A stretch of 64,000 bases of DNA, taken from a virus (taxonomy: Duplodnaviria; Caudoviricetes). The stretch spans positions 31,577 through 95,576 of the IMG/VR virus record IMGVR_UViG_3300013830_000006; one strand, given 5' to 3'. Shown piece by piece: positions 39,086 through 49,712 of this stretch. The position numbers and the translations under genes are program-made. A model generated the notes under the pieces. That model ran no database searches. It was not told the DNA's origin and worked only from the letters and a program-made list of their open reading frames with translations. Within the stretch, counting starts at the first letter, position 1, and each line of letters begins with the position of its first letter.

Positions 39086-40603
39086 TCAATGATACATTAA
39101 CCAATATAAAGTTTTATCAATAATGTATAACGCAAACATTTCACGGTAGAATGCGTCTTCATCGCTCCATTCCTGATATCTGGATACCGCTTCTATTGCC
39201 TTGGATGGGTCTACTTCTTTATTAGTGATAAGATCATAGACTATGTGCTCAAATGGATCCATTGCACTGGAACCATTATAGAAATTCAAAGACAAGGCGT
39301 AATGAGCTTTCTCTCCAGTAATTTCATTAGTCTTTGCTTCTTTTTGAAAAGGAAACTTATGCGGTTTCTTTTCAATAGGCTTCATTCTTCCATGTCTTGC
39401 TTCTGGGAATTTCCAATAGAACTCTTTAACAGCTCTATGAAAATCTCTGTTAATATGTCTGTCTATAACTTCTTCAGGAAGTTTCTTATGAAACATAGGA
39501 AGAGGATCAAGCAGTATAGGTTCACCCTTATGATTGATAGAATAATTATTATTGGAATCAGCTTCATCACCAACAGTAATAAATTTTCTACCTAATAATG
39601 AGGTTATATTAACTCCCCAGAAAGTGCTATGATAAGTTTCAATATTCCAGGTACGTTCTACATTATTAAGATTTTTAATTGGGTTATTAGTCAATACTGC
39701 CCAGATAGTTTTTCTATAATTAGAAACACTTATGAGAATCTGAGTAGGACGTATATGAGGAGTAGTATCCTGAATAGATACTTTCTTATTCCAATATTCT
39801 ACGATATACGGATCATAAATCTTATCTGGTCTTATAAAAGTTGAATACTCAGTATCATAAAAACGTTCTACATAATTCTCAATAATCTCCAACCGTATAT
39901 GTTCAAGTTCCTTTTTCTGTTGAAAACCATCAGTAGTAAGCATTGACGTATTTCCAACCAGGAACTTTTGCTTATCAAAGTACGCTATTCTGGTAGATTG
40001 CTTTTGTAACAAATCTCTGGTAGGGGCAGTAAGGAACTCCTGCATAGTAAAATTGATACTATGGTAGGTATCCTGACCCAAGGCTAACCTACGGACAGCA
40101 GTTACTCTGAATACACCTATTTTTCCATTACGTAATTCATATAAGAATATGTCAGATACCCTTGGAGTAAATCCGGGAAATACTACAGCTTCGCCTTTGA
40201 TACTGGATTTATTAGAATCTTCATCATATTCAAAAGACATATCGTTACTGCAGCGAAGTTCAAAATTCCTAATCTGAGTCCAGGCTATGTGAACATCATC
40301 TTTGGCAGTTGACGTCATATCAACTACTGCTGACATCATATCAGTAATGGGTTTATTTTGAGAAAAATAAGTTACAATTATTATTCTGCCTTCAGGAAAT
40401 CCGGCTACTAAGTTCATACGTTCCCTGAAAGCATCTTCATTAACTGCTGTCTGGTTAATAAAAGTATTTTCTACAACTCTATCATCAGTTATTGCGTGAC
40501 CATCAAGAACAGGAAGCTTATCCTGAACTTCAGGTCTAAGAGTTTGTGGTTTTTCTCGTGATGATTGTTGAGCCAAAGACCCTTGCATCTGGATTATAGG
40601 CAT
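39086..40603 (-). CDS. Putative virion structural protein
   Basis: 505 aa; VFPGFTPRVSDIF and IYDPYIV segments recalled from phiKZ-like structural proteins. Confidence 0.55.
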   Translation of the reverse strand: MPIIQMQGSLAQQSSREKPQTLRPEVQDKLPVLDGHAITDDRVVENTFINQTAVNEDAFRERMNLVAGFPEGRIIIVTYFSQNKPITDMMSAVVDMTSTAKDDVHIAWTQIRNFELRCSNDMSFEYDEDSNKSSIKGEAVVFPGFTPRVSDIFLYELRNGKIGVFRVTAVRRLALGQDTYHSINFTMQEFLTAPTRDLLQKQSTRIAYFDKQKFLVGNTSMLTTDGFQQKKELEHIRLEIIENYVERFYDTEYSTFIRPDKIYDPYIVEYWNKKVSIQDTTPHIRPTQILISVSNYRKTIWAVLTNNPIKNLNNVERTWNIETYHSTFWGVNITSLLGRKFITVGDEADSNNNYSINHKGEPILLDPLPMFHKKLPEEVIDRHINRDFHRAVKEFYWKFPEARHGRMKPIEKKPHKFPFQKEAKTNEITGEKAHYALSLNFYNGSSAMDPFEHIVYDLITNKEVDPSKAIEAVSRYQEWSDEDAFYREMFALYIIDKTLYWLMYH

Positions 40604-42488
40604 TTGCTGTTACTCCTCTGTCTTCATAGGGTGTTGAAATACGACCGATATTTCCTTTATTAGGAGATTCATTCGAATCCTTATTCTCATCAGATCCACC
40701 ATAATCATTGATGTCTTTATAAACGCTTGGAATCTGACTCGGTCCAGTCCTATCTTTATCTTCTATGTTCCATTTATCGTAATCATCATCGGTGATAGTA
40801 TAAATTTCATCATCAAAATACTTATTGAAATCAGTATTCGATAAAACAGATTCAGGCTTGGGATAAGCTTTATTATAATCTCCATTGTGAATTTCAATAG
40901 GATCATAATTGTTTATATTGATGATAAATTTCTTATTAGCATCATAGATGTTTCCGTTTTCATCTATGAAAAATGGTTTGTGTATACCTCTTCCGCCATA
41001 TTTTTCATAGTCGTCTATGAGCTTTTTACCAATAGGAGAGTTCTTAATAATCTCTTCAATATCTTTAGTTAAATCTCCATAAAGAATTCTGGTTCTTATA
41101 GAATCTTTAATCAGAGGACCAAGATAAGGATAATACTTGAATAATAAAGGTAGCCAAATAGGATTGACATATCTGACATCAGACATAATAGTCAGAATAA
41201 TCCTGTATCTACTGACTTTATCAATTGCTTTAAACCTGAGAATTAAACTATCATCAAAATAAAAATCTTTAACTGGCGTAAGTTCCTTACCATCTCTGAA
41301 CATTGTTATGTGATAAGGTGAATGCGTATCTAAAGCATACACACCTTCCTGATATAAAAATTCTTTGGTAAGTGGAGTTAATGCATATGAAGGATCGGTA
41401 TCCTCTTTGAGATCAATAATGTTTAATTCTTTATCTTCTTCTACTAAAAGATCAAGTACCAAAAATGGAGTATGACTGGTTCTTACATATCTGGCCTTAG
41501 GTATAATCCAATCGTCATACCAAGGAACTTGGGTATATGAAGGATAAGGTCGTTGCTTTTTCATTTTATCATAATCTTCATCCTGTTTGCCATGATGATA
41601 TTCAGGCATACGATTATGTCTTACTGTCTGATCAACCGGTATACAGGTTTCAGGAAGAAGCTGATTATTGATAATACAAGGATACTTCAAAATATTCAAA
41701 GTTGGCATACTGAATTGTACAGTGAATACAAAAGGTATGCTCCAGGCTACTGGAAGTTTACCTTCCATAACGCCCTGAGGTCTGTCTTCAGAATACTCTA
41801 ATGTACACAAAGCTTTTAAATCATATACTGGTATGACAATTTCGTATTCATCAAGTTCTCTATGTTTCATCACGTTCCAGCCATTATTAGAACGTTGCTT
41901 AATATACTTGATAAAATCTACACCAGCTTGCTTACCGTATACTCTATCCTGTTTCCATATCTGAAGAAGCACAGACAGAATAGGTTTAGGTACAGGATAA
42001 TCGAAAAACAAATCATTGTAATGCCATACAGCACCATTTTCATGAGCATTGAAAATCTGTTGCGGTGCCTGAAACGCTAATACTGAAGATTGTACGGTAA
42101 GATTACAGTTCATCACTATAGATACTGGTGAAACAATCTCTAGCATTCTGACTTGATTAGGTTTGTCATAATAAATAGGCTCATTGTAATCTATTCGGGC
42201 ATCTATTCCGTATGCCGTGGTATGATGAAATGTATACATATCCCATTTCTGAGATGTTGGATTTAACTGTATATTTACATCAACCTGAAAAAAATTCTGA
42301 GCTACATCAGCATTGCCAGTACTATCCGAGGTTATTGAATGAGTTGACCAATCTGTGTTTATATAGATCTGATCACCGATTACATCCTCAAATTCTAACG
42401 ACTGTAATATGCGATGTGATAACTGAGATATAACTGGCATAAATATATGATCTGGTTGCTCATTTATCGCTCGTGATAAAACAGGCAT
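40536..42488 (-). CDS. Putative virion structural protein
   Basis: 650 aa; KYPCIINNQ and VPWYDDW segments; operon context. Confidence 0.55.
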   Translation of the reverse strand: MPVLSRAINEQPDHIFMPVISQLSHRILQSLEFEDVIGDQIYINTDWSTHSITSDSTGNADVAQNFFQVDVNIQLNPTSQKWDMYTFHHTTAYGIDARIDYNEPIYYDKPNQVRMLEIVSPVSIVMNCNLTVQSSVLAFQAPQQIFNAHENGAVWHYNDLFFDYPVPKPILSVLLQIWKQDRVYGKQAGVDFIKYIKQRSNNGWNVMKHRELDEYEIVIPVYDLKALCTLEYSEDRPQGVMEGKLPVAWSIPFVFTVQFSMPTLNILKYPCIINNQLLPETCIPVDQTVRHNRMPEYHHGKQDEDYDKMKKQRPYPSYTQVPWYDDWIIPKARYVRTSHTPFLVLDLLVEEDKELNIIDLKEDTDPSYALTPLTKEFLYQEGVYALDTHSPYHITMFRDGKELTPVKDFYFDDSLILRFKAIDKVSRYRIILTIMSDVRYVNPIWLPLLFKYYPYLGPLIKDSIRTRILYGDLTKDIEEIIKNSPIGKKLIDDYEKYGGRGIHKPFFIDENGNIYDANKKFIININNYDPIEIHNGDYNKAYPKPESVLSNTDFNKYFDDEIYTITDDDYDKWNIEDKDRTGPSQIPSVYKDINDYGGSDENKDSNESPNKGNIGRISTPYEDRGVTANAYNPDARVFGSTIITRKTTNS

Positions 42489-42520
42489 ATTTACCTCACA
42501 TATTAATAGGAGAATGACTT

Positions 42521-43231
42521 ATGTCATCGAATGTCGGCGCTATAAAGGGTAAGAAAGATCTGATTGATGTTATCGAAGATAATATTATTCCTTTAACTGC
42601 TATTGCGCTTATTCACAGAATTGGTCTTAAAAAATATAAGATGTTTTCGTGGTACAACGACCCCTATCAAACAGATGGTTCTGTCAGACATAATCTTAAT
42701 GCTATCCTCAGACATTTCTCAGCACATAGAAGCGGCTGTACTATTGACCCTGAATCAGGATTACCGCATATCTTTCATATGGCTTGTAGATGTGGTATGG
42801 CAGTAACTGTTTATTATAAAGAGCATCTTCAACCAAAAAATAAAATCAATCCAGATAGGTTGTTTATTACTCCTTGGTCTCTCGGAATGCTGCTTACTGG
42901 AGAAGAATTAATTTCTTTATCCAAATTCAATCCAGTTGTACCAGAGAACAGAGTAACAATTGATGAATTAGCTGTTAATATAAACAATATTTTATATTCT
43001 ATTATATTAGACGGCGATATCACTTCAGCCGGTGATGACCTTTTAAATGATGTGAATAGCTTAGATTCATTGTTCAGTAATATCTGCGACTATGTTAAAA
43101 AAGTATGGACAACTACTAATCTAAAAGAATCTGTTAATATCGATGTCATTCCTAAACATTACTACTCTATCCTTGGTTTAGACCATGAAATGAATCAAAC
43201 TCTCTATAGGAGATTTATGCATGTCAACTGA
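42521..43231 (+). CDS. dATP/dGTP diphosphohydrolase-like (DUF5664) domain protein
   Basis: GLKKY...SW...AILRHF...DPESGLPHIFHMAC signature. Confidence 0.7.
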   Translation: MSSNVGAIKGKKDLIDVIEDNIIPLTAIALIHRIGLKKYKMFSWYNDPYQTDGSVRHNLNAILRHFSAHRSGCTIDPESGLPHIFHMACRCGMAVTVYYKEHLQPKNKINPDRLFITPWSLGMLLTGEELISLSKFNPVVPENRVTIDELAVNINNILYSIILDGDITSAGDDLLNDVNSLDSLFSNICDYVKKVWTTTNLKESVNIDVIPKHYYSILGLDHEMNQTLYRRFMHVN

Positions 43232-43763
43232 GAATTTAATTGCTGCTACTGGTATCCTTCAGGATGCTCAGAAAGAATTAGAGCAGGCTCATAAGGATCT
43301 TATCAACCACAATATCGACCTTCATGCTCATCAGGATCTCAGAGATCTTATCGATGAAAAGTTTGGTGGAGATGCTATCTATACCCGTGCTCAGATTGAA
43401 CAAATCCTTACTGACGGATTACAGGAACACAAAAATACTGTATTCTCTGAAGCTCATCCGGGTTGGGATGATTACAACACCAACCTTACTAATCGTTTGG
43501 CTACCATTGAAAATGATATTCAGGATATCAAAGATTGGATAGCTGGTAAGACCAAAGCTACTACTACTCTGCAACAGAGACTCCAAGCTGTTGAAGATAA
43601 GTATGCTCCTATCTTTGCTAATTTACAATCTGGTCTTGAAGCTGCTACCGCTGCTGGCAATACTACTCTTGCTGATACCTACAAGGAGACTATTGCCAAG
43701 ACCCTCGATCAGAAGACTGCTGAACTTATGCAGGTAGTCAATGATTGGGAAGCTGAGCAGTAA
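43221..43763 (+). CDS. Coiled-coil fibre-associated protein with H-x5-H motifs
   Basis: HNIDLHAHQDLR motif and heptad repeats. Confidence 0.55.
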   Translation: MSTENLIAATGILQDAQKELEQAHKDLINHNIDLHAHQDLRDLIDEKFGGDAIYTRAQIEQILTDGLQEHKNTVFSEAHPGWDDYNTNLTNRLATIENDIQDIKDWIAGKTKATTTLQQRLQAVEDKYAPIFANLQSGLEAATAAGNTTLADTYKETIAKTLDQKTAELMQVVNDWEAEQ

Positions 43764-43772
43764 GATTTTGCT

Positions 43773-44228
43773 ATGATGAAATTAGCCGTAGAGGTTAATG
43801 CCAGACGTGGAAATCTTATAGCTAATATTATTCAAATCTGCACTCGGGCTAAAGCTTTCCACGTTGAACCTGTTTTCAGTGACGGAACTGCATTTGTTGC
43901 AACTCCGTCATTTGTAGGATTAACCAGTCACACTAACGATTATGATGGGTATCATTGGGTATTAATCGATTGTCCGTGGATGACAGATGCAGAAGAGCAG
44001 AAGCAACGTACATGGGCAGAAGGTATAAATATCCATAATCTGAAATATGACTATCTTGGAGCTATAAGTGGATTCTTTGGAGTGCATAAAGAGGATTCAG
44101 AGAAATGGTATTGCGGTGAGATATGTGCTAAAGTATTTGGTGATGTTATTCCGGAATTAAAAAAATTAAAATGGTGCACTCCTGATAAAATCTGGAAAAT
44201 CATTGCTGAGCGAACTCACAAAAAATAA
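43773..44228 (+). CDS. Permuted papain-like (NlpC/P60) protein
   Basis: Order HVE ... KYDYLG ... WYCGE ... TPD matches the permuted family. Confidence 0.65.
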   Translation: MMKLAVEVNARRGNLIANIIQICTRAKAFHVEPVFSDGTAFVATPSFVGLTSHTNDYDGYHWVLIDCPWMTDAEEQKQRTWAEGINIHNLKYDYLGAISGFFGVHKEDSEKWYCGEICAKVFGDVIPELKKLKWCTPDKIWKIIAERTHKK

Positions 44229-44234
44229 AAAAAA

Positions 44235-44260
44235 TTACAACAGTTTTTCAACTGTTGTAA
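44235..44260 (-). terminator. Intrinsic terminator
   Basis: TTACAACAGTT/AACTGTTGTAA 11-bp stem followed by a U-tract on the minus strand. Confidence 0.7.
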
Positions 44261-44487
44261 CTTCCGAGGAATCCTTCTGCCTCTGCCACTCCCAAGCGTG
44301 ACCATCGGGCATTCCTCTACCACGATCCATAGACTCTAGCCAGTCCATGCGTGGTTGGGCTGAGTTGGTGCATCTCAGTCCTGGGAGTATACATTTTCAA
44401 CGTGGCTAGACGAAGCTTCATTGGCCCATGCACAGACCAAGAAGGAAAGCAGTGACGCACATTTGAGTGCGTTTACTTATCACTATA
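44261..44487 (-). ncRNA. Candidate structured non-coding RNA
   Basis: GC-richer segment between a promoter (44488..44497) and a terminator; long-range complementary pairs; no SD-led ORF. Confidence 0.45.
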
Positions 44488-44497
44488 GTTATATATA
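44488..44497 (-). promoter_or_regulatory. Early promoter-like motif TATATATAAC
   Basis: Variant of the repeated motif. Confidence 0.5.
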
Positions 44498-44567
44498 TTC
44501 GAAAATATTCAACCTACACCCAGTACCTATATTTGGTACTGGGTGTAGTATTCTACAGATTATCTAT

Positions 44568-45080
44568 TTAGAAAGGTATACGATAATATTTAGTCTGGCC
44601 ATCCCCGTAGATTGTTTCGTAGAACGAAGCAAACGTGTTAGTCTCATTGAACTCAAAATTACTTATAGCTTCAAGTATTTCATTAACTGCATCAAGTAAC
44701 TCTAACTTCTTCTTAAAATAAGCTTCGACAATAGAAAGACCAATCTTATGCTGAGCCCTAAGAAGATTAGGTTTACCATCTCTCTTACAAGGAATCATAA
44801 CGCATTTAGCAGCTATTCCAAGAAAATGAGGGGTAATAAAATCAGTCCTGTTCCTCTGATCAGGAGTAGGATACTGAAGAAGATCAAGATGCCTTAAATC
44901 ATTCATATCAAACAGATACTCAGTATTAGCAAAAACTAATTTGAACGTAGTATCAAAATGAATAGAAGGTAAACCTCTCCTAATAATATCTCGGCAATAA
45001 TATTCCTTAAGAACATCTCCATTCTGCTGAAGCTGTTCAAGAGTCCAATCCTCGCCGTAGCGGGTAGTAGTCTTAGTCAT
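44568..45080 (-). CDS. Hypothetical protein
   Basis: 170-aa ORF with AAGGA SD, flanked by hairpins. Confidence 0.6.
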   Translation of the reverse strand: MTKTTTRYGEDWTLEQLQQNGDVLKEYYCRDIIRRGLPSIHFDTTFKLVFANTEYLFDMNDLRHLDLLQYPTPDQRNRTDFITPHFLGIAAKCVMIPCKRDGKPNLLRAQHKIGLSIVEAYFKKKLELLDAVNEILEAISNFEFNETNTFASFYETIYGDGQTKYYRIPF

Positions 45081-45165
45081 TTAAAATATCCTTTAAATTT
45101 AGATTATCAAGGATAACAACCAAGAGGTTGTTATCCTCTTTATATTATAAAGATCGTTAATAATT

Positions 45166-45450
45166 TTAATCTTCTGTCCATGCCTTTTCACAAATGCTCA
45201 CAATATTATCTTCAGGTATAGGAGCAAGTTTACCAGTTAAAAGTTCAGCAAGATAATCCTGAATACCTGATACACTTTTTCTTATATCTGCATGAGCTGT
45301 GTCAGATTCGTTATGAACAGTAACAGTACCTGTTTCATATTGCATCTGAAGATCATCCATACGATCAATCTGCTTGCGAATTAACTGCATAAGCAGGTTA
45401 TGATCTTCTAATTCCTGATATCCTAATTGAACTGTATTTTCATCAGACAT
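45166..45450 (-). CDS. Short paralog of the tail-fibre N-terminal module
   Basis: MSDENTVQLGYQELEDHN matches MSDETTVQLGHQELQDHN of 52644..53654. Confidence 0.7.
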   Translation of the reverse strand: MSDENTVQLGYQELEDHNLLMQLIRKQIDRMDDLQMQYETGTVTVHNESDTAHADIRKSVSGIQDYLAELLTGKLAPIPEDNIVSICEKAWTED

Positions 45451-45477
45451 CTACATTCTCCTTGATAATTTCTCATT

Positions 45478-46389
45478 TCATGAGGAATACTTCCTTACAT
45501 AATAGCTGGTTATAAAAGGACCGGCTTTAGCACCATAGATATTATATAATTTATTTTGCATAGAAAATGGATCAAACATTCTAAACGATCTATCGCATAT
45601 CTTTTGTTTAACAGCCTCTACTTGCTGATTGAAAGTATCAGACAGATATTGCTTAATGGTATCATAATGTTCATACCACCAGTGATATTGATTATTATTA
45701 TACACTATCACTGGGCTATCTGTTTCTTTGATCTCAAATGGTTTTTTATTTCCAACATAATGAACCATTATTGGATTATCAATAAAAGTATCGCTCTTAG
45801 CATTAAATTTATTATCCAGATAAGTTATATGCTCATGATAAAGATCCTCTAAAAACGCTTCATCCAGATTTAAATATTTCTTATAATTCTTAGAACAATA
45901 ATTCTGAAATAACCTGAAATAATCTAAATGATTATTTTTCATCAGAATCAATCCGCAATTACATTCCGGACAATAAGAATTATATCTTACTCCGCCATAA
46001 ATAAAATCGTTATCGATATACTCTTTAATTGAAGATATTGAATTCATAAATACAGTATCAATATCAAAATAAAGAAAATACTGATTAGATTGTTCTGACA
46101 TTACTTTAAACTTAGCAGCTATTAATTTGAATATTGGATTATAAAAAATATTCCAGCTGTGCTCAGAAGTATCAAACATCTCAAAATTATATTGCTTAAA
46201 ATAATAATCTGTGAGATGAAGATCTTCTATAGCTACATTGATATAATCTATAAACTGCTGTTGAGTAAAGTTCATACAGTATACATGAACAGATACATCT
46301 CTATTGAATTTCTTAAAAGAACTCAGAGACACCAAGGATGCCTCTGAGTAATGCGCATCAACTATTACAAATGCATAAACATCTAGCAT
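45478..46389 (-). CDS. GT8-like glycosyltransferase
   Basis: LYFDID (DxD), NCGLIL, DEAFL and HYVGNKKPF motifs. Confidence 0.85.
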   Translation of the reverse strand: MLDVYAFVIVDAHYSEASLVSLSSFKKFNRDVSVHVYCMNFTQQQFIDYINVAIEDLHLTDYYFKQYNFEMFDTSEHSWNIFYNPIFKLIAAKFKVMSEQSNQYFLYFDIDTVFMNSISSIKEYIDNDFIYGGVRYNSYCPECNCGLILMKNNHLDYFRLFQNYCSKNYKKYLNLDEAFLEDLYHEHITYLDNKFNAKSDTFIDNPIMVHYVGNKKPFEIKETDSPVIVYNNNQYHWWYEHYDTIKQYLSDTFNQQVEAVKQKICDRSFRMFDPFSMQNKLYNIYGAKAGPFITSYYVRKYSS

Positions 46390-47306
46390 GACTTAAACCA
46401 AGATATTGTATATTTCAATCCAGTATCCAAATCAACAGTTGGTTCCCAATTGAGAAACTGCTTAGCTTTAGAAATATCGGGTCTACGATCTCTTGGATCA
46501 TCAGAATCTCCTCTGACATAAGAAATTTCACTTGATGAACCGGTTACCTTAATAACTTTCTCAGCCAACTGATGAACCGACATGTATTCATTAGGATTAC
46601 CTATATTGATAGGTGTAGGAACATTCTCATTAAGAGAAAGTAATCCTCTTACCGTATCAGCTATATAACAGAATGATCGTTTCTGTTCTCCGGTATTATG
46701 AACAATAAGATCATCATTATTAAGAGCTCTTACTACAAACTCACTGATAACTCTGCCATCATTCTTCTGCATACCCGGGCCATAGGTATTAAATAAACGA
46801 GCTATCGCATATTTAACTTTACTGTTAACTATAATAGCTTCAGCGCATCGTTTACCTTCATCATAGCAGGCACGTGTTCCAATAGGATTGACGTTGCCTT
46901 TATATGTTTCTTTCTGAGGGCAGACTAATGGATCGCCATATACCTCTGATGTTGATGTATGAATGAATACTGCATCATTCTTACGACACTCATAAATCAT
47001 GTTCAGCACACCTTCTGTACAGGTTTTCAGTGTGTCTATCGGGTGCTCTTTATATTTGATAGGAGAGGCTATACATGCCAAATTGTACATCTTATCAAAT
47101 TTAAAATCAAAATGAACATCACAAATATCTTCATAGATAAAATGAAATTCATGATTATTCTCTTTAGCATACTGTTTGAGTAGCTCAATAGAATTACCGG
47201 AAGATGAAATCAGATTATCTACAACTACTACATCAGAGGTTTTTAACAGTTCTTTACATAAATGAGTGCCGATAAAACCAGCACCTCCAGTAACTACTGT
47301 TAGCAT
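46383..47306 (-). CDS. UDP-glucuronate decarboxylase (UDP-xylose synthase)-like SDR
   Basis: TGGAGFIG, NLACIASPIKY, STSEVYGDP, GNVNPIGTRACYDEGKR, FNTYGP and DDPRDRRPDI, characteristic of the UXS subfamily. Confidence 0.85.
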   Translation of the reverse strand: MLTVVTGGAGFIGTHLCKELLKTSDVVVVDNLISSSGNSIELLKQYAKENNHEFHFIYEDICDVHFDFKFDKMYNLACIASPIKYKEHPIDTLKTCTEGVLNMIYECRKNDAVFIHTSTSEVYGDPLVCPQKETYKGNVNPIGTRACYDEGKRCAEAIIVNSKVKYAIARLFNTYGPGMQKNDGRVISEFVVRALNNDDLIVHNTGEQKRSFCYIADTVRGLLSLNENVPTPINIGNPNEYMSVHQLAEKVIKVTGSSSEISYVRGDSDDPRDRRPDISKAKQFLNWEPTVDLDTGLKYTISWFKSC

Positions 47307-48239
47307 TTACCACTCCTTAATTCTCTCAATAAGATTATCAGTTAGATTAACAAAATTACGTTCTGTTTCAGAATGTAAATTGCTTAATCTATATTTGGTA
47401 TATAACTGATTAAGTTTAACTGTCTTAATAAATAGATTATATCTGATACTGAACTCACTGAATAATTTTACACCACAGCAAAAGATAAAATTACTCTTAA
47501 AAATTTTATCATAAGTATAATTAACCCAAGGTTTAGTATATGTACCATTAAAATGAAAAGCTAATACATTCTTAGAATAATCAATCTTAGTGATATCCAT
47601 ATACTGAGCAATAATTGTCTGATCGGTATAAGCCCTTTTATCAACAGCAAGCTCGTTCAAAATATCCTGTTCAGGAACAAGATAATGAATAGAATCATGT
47701 TTAAGACGTTCTGACATCTCTTCAACAAACGTCTTCTTAAGATTAAACTTGCTTTTATTAAATTTGCATATACCAACATTGATCTGTTGTTTTGGTGTAT
47801 GATTAAGTGGATCAGTACTATCTGCTCTTCTTTTACAATCATCTGATTCTTCTGCACCGCACATTGAACAGTCTCTAATATTCTCCAGAGGTTTGATACT
47901 ATCAAAATAAATAACATCAAGATCGACTCTGATTAAATCATCATCTTTGATTTTATCCAGGATATAAAAAGACCACAATGTCATCAATGCTACATTGGTT
48001 GCAAAGAATACAGAATTGTGCTTAATAGAATAAATGTAATTGCTTGTTTTTTCATCATAAACATTTACAATATTCAATTTATCTCTATAAGGTTTATCTT
48101 TAAAGAAGTCTACAACTTTATCGTAACCTTCATCGCATACATAGAGATTAAGCACTACATCATTAAACTTAAAAAATGAAATCAATCCTATCTGTGCTAC
48201 TTCGCAATAGTCTGATGTCATCAACGCAAAATAGTGCAT
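47307..48239 (-). CDS. GT8-like glycosyltransferase
   Basis: RVDLDV, INVG, PEQDILN and HFNGTYTKPW motifs. Confidence 0.85.
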   Translation of the reverse strand: MHYFALMTSDYCEVAQIGLISFFKFNDVVLNLYVCDEGYDKVVDFFKDKPYRDKLNIVNVYDEKTSNYIYSIKHNSVFFATNVALMTLWSFYILDKIKDDDLIRVDLDVIYFDSIKPLENIRDCSMCGAEESDDCKRRADSTDPLNHTPKQQINVGICKFNKSKFNLKKTFVEEMSERLKHDSIHYLVPEQDILNELAVDKRAYTDQTIIAQYMDITKIDYSKNVLAFHFNGTYTKPWVNYTYDKIFKSNFIFCCGVKLFSEFSIRYNLFIKTVKLNQLYTKYRLSNLHSETERNFVNLTDNLIERIKEW

Positions 48240-49211
48240 TTAAGCGAGGCCCCATTTCTTGAATTTCTGATACATTAAAGCACCGTAATATGCAGCACCA
48301 TTGTTTACAAAAGAATAATGATTGCTTGTATCGGTTATTACCTGATCAATAGCAGCAATAAAATCATTATCACAACGATATTTAACTGCCTGATCTCTGT
48401 ACCATTTATAAGTAGATTTAAAGCAAGGATAAATCAAATTCTCTTTACGGATGAACGGTTTATCAAGACCTGCATAGTGAATAAACACAGGTTTTTCTAC
48501 ATTAAAATAATCATTAATGTCAGCCATTGAAATAAGCCAGCCATCAATGTTCATATTGTAATGATTATAATTCTTATAGATAAGATTGATTGCATCCTGA
48601 TCAGGAAAATATAATCTATTCAAGCCATAAGTATCATATATCAGAAGAGAACGTTTGAAATGATCAGTAATAGTGTTCTTATTAATTCTAAGAATAAAAT
48701 TACCCATATTCATATAGTTCTCAATCACTGATATCGAATCAGGTATTACTCCATTACACCACATAGGTCTCATAACAGAGTTTTCAATAGAACTACCTAC
48801 AATACAATCTGAATTCAGAAAGTTATTAACACTATTATCGATAGATGAAGTAAATGCAACGTCAAGATCTAATCTAAGAATAGATTTAGTATCTTTTTTA
48901 TATTTCTCAATAGTTCTGTCTAATAACTCATTAGCTACAAATATGTCAAACAAATGATCATTATCAAATACATAACAAGACTTAGCAAAGTTACTTCTAT
49001 TTTTATCGAAATATTCTTTTGACTTGGTTTCACCAATATTGACAAATTCTACATTATCATAATGAAATTCCTGATTAAAATAATCAGCAGAATTATCAGT
49101 AAGATAAACAATTAACTTGCTATGGTTATAAGCACAAAAAGATCCTATGCTTATTCGCATAGGATTCACATAGTTCTTAGTACCAATAGCAAAACAAATA
49201 ACGTTTTGCAT
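48240..49211 (-). CDS. GT8-like glycosyltransferase
   Basis: RLDLDV, YMNMG, PDQDAIN and HYAGLDKPF motifs. Confidence 0.85.
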   Translation of the reverse strand: MQNVICFAIGTKNYVNPMRISIGSFCAYNHSKLIVYLTDNSADYFNQEFHYDNVEFVNIGETKSKEYFDKNRSNFAKSCYVFDNDHLFDIFVANELLDRTIEKYKKDTKSILRLDLDVAFTSSIDNSVNNFLNSDCIVGSSIENSVMRPMWCNGVIPDSISVIENYMNMGNFILRINKNTITDHFKRSLLIYDTYGLNRLYFPDQDAINLIYKNYNHYNMNIDGWLISMADINDYFNVEKPVFIHYAGLDKPFIRKENLIYPCFKSTYKWYRDQAVKYRCDNDFIAAIDQVITDTSNHYSFVNNGAAYYGALMYQKFKKWGLA

Positions 49212-49220
49212 ATTGACTCC

Positions 49221-49712
49221 TTAATCCCAATTTATCTTAGGAAACTGCTTGATAACATCATCAGGAGTCGGTAAAGGTATCTCACGTTTCTCATACTTGG
49301 ATAAAGTATCAAAACAAATCTTCCAGCACTCATCCCTATATGCAATAAACTTCTTAGCCTCAGTTGCAAAAGTAGTATTAGTTGAATTAGCATAAGATAC
49401 TAACGCAAAAGAATCATTATATCTCTTTTCTTTGGCAACAGAATCAAGATAGTTCTGAACAGCATCGGTTACCGCTTTGGAAATCATATCGTCATTAGTA
49501 TCTTCATGCTGAACAGGCTGGTTATTCAGATCAAGCACTTGAATGTCAACCTTCTTCTCATTGAGATAATCGAGAACTTGTTTAGCGAAAACATTGGTCT
49601 CAATATCCATAATGACAGTACCGTAATTGATATAATCAATCTGTAAATTATTAACGTACAAATGATTCTTATCCTTGCCGTACCACTTCACATCATCATA
49701 AAACACTTCCAT
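49221..49712 (-). CDS. Tail-fibre assembly/chaperone-like protein
   Basis: VQNYLDSVAKEKRYN...SYANS...FATEAKKFIAYRDECW...PKINW pattern of phage fibre-adjacent proteins. Confidence 0.65.
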   Translation of the reverse strand: MEVFYDDVKWYGKDKNHLYVNNLQIDYINYGTVIMDIETNVFAKQVLDYLNEKKVDIQVLDLNNQPVQHEDTNDDMISKAVTDAVQNYLDSVAKEKRYNDSFALVSYANSTNTTFATEAKKFIAYRDECWKICFDTLSKYEKREIPLPTPDDVIKQFPKINWD

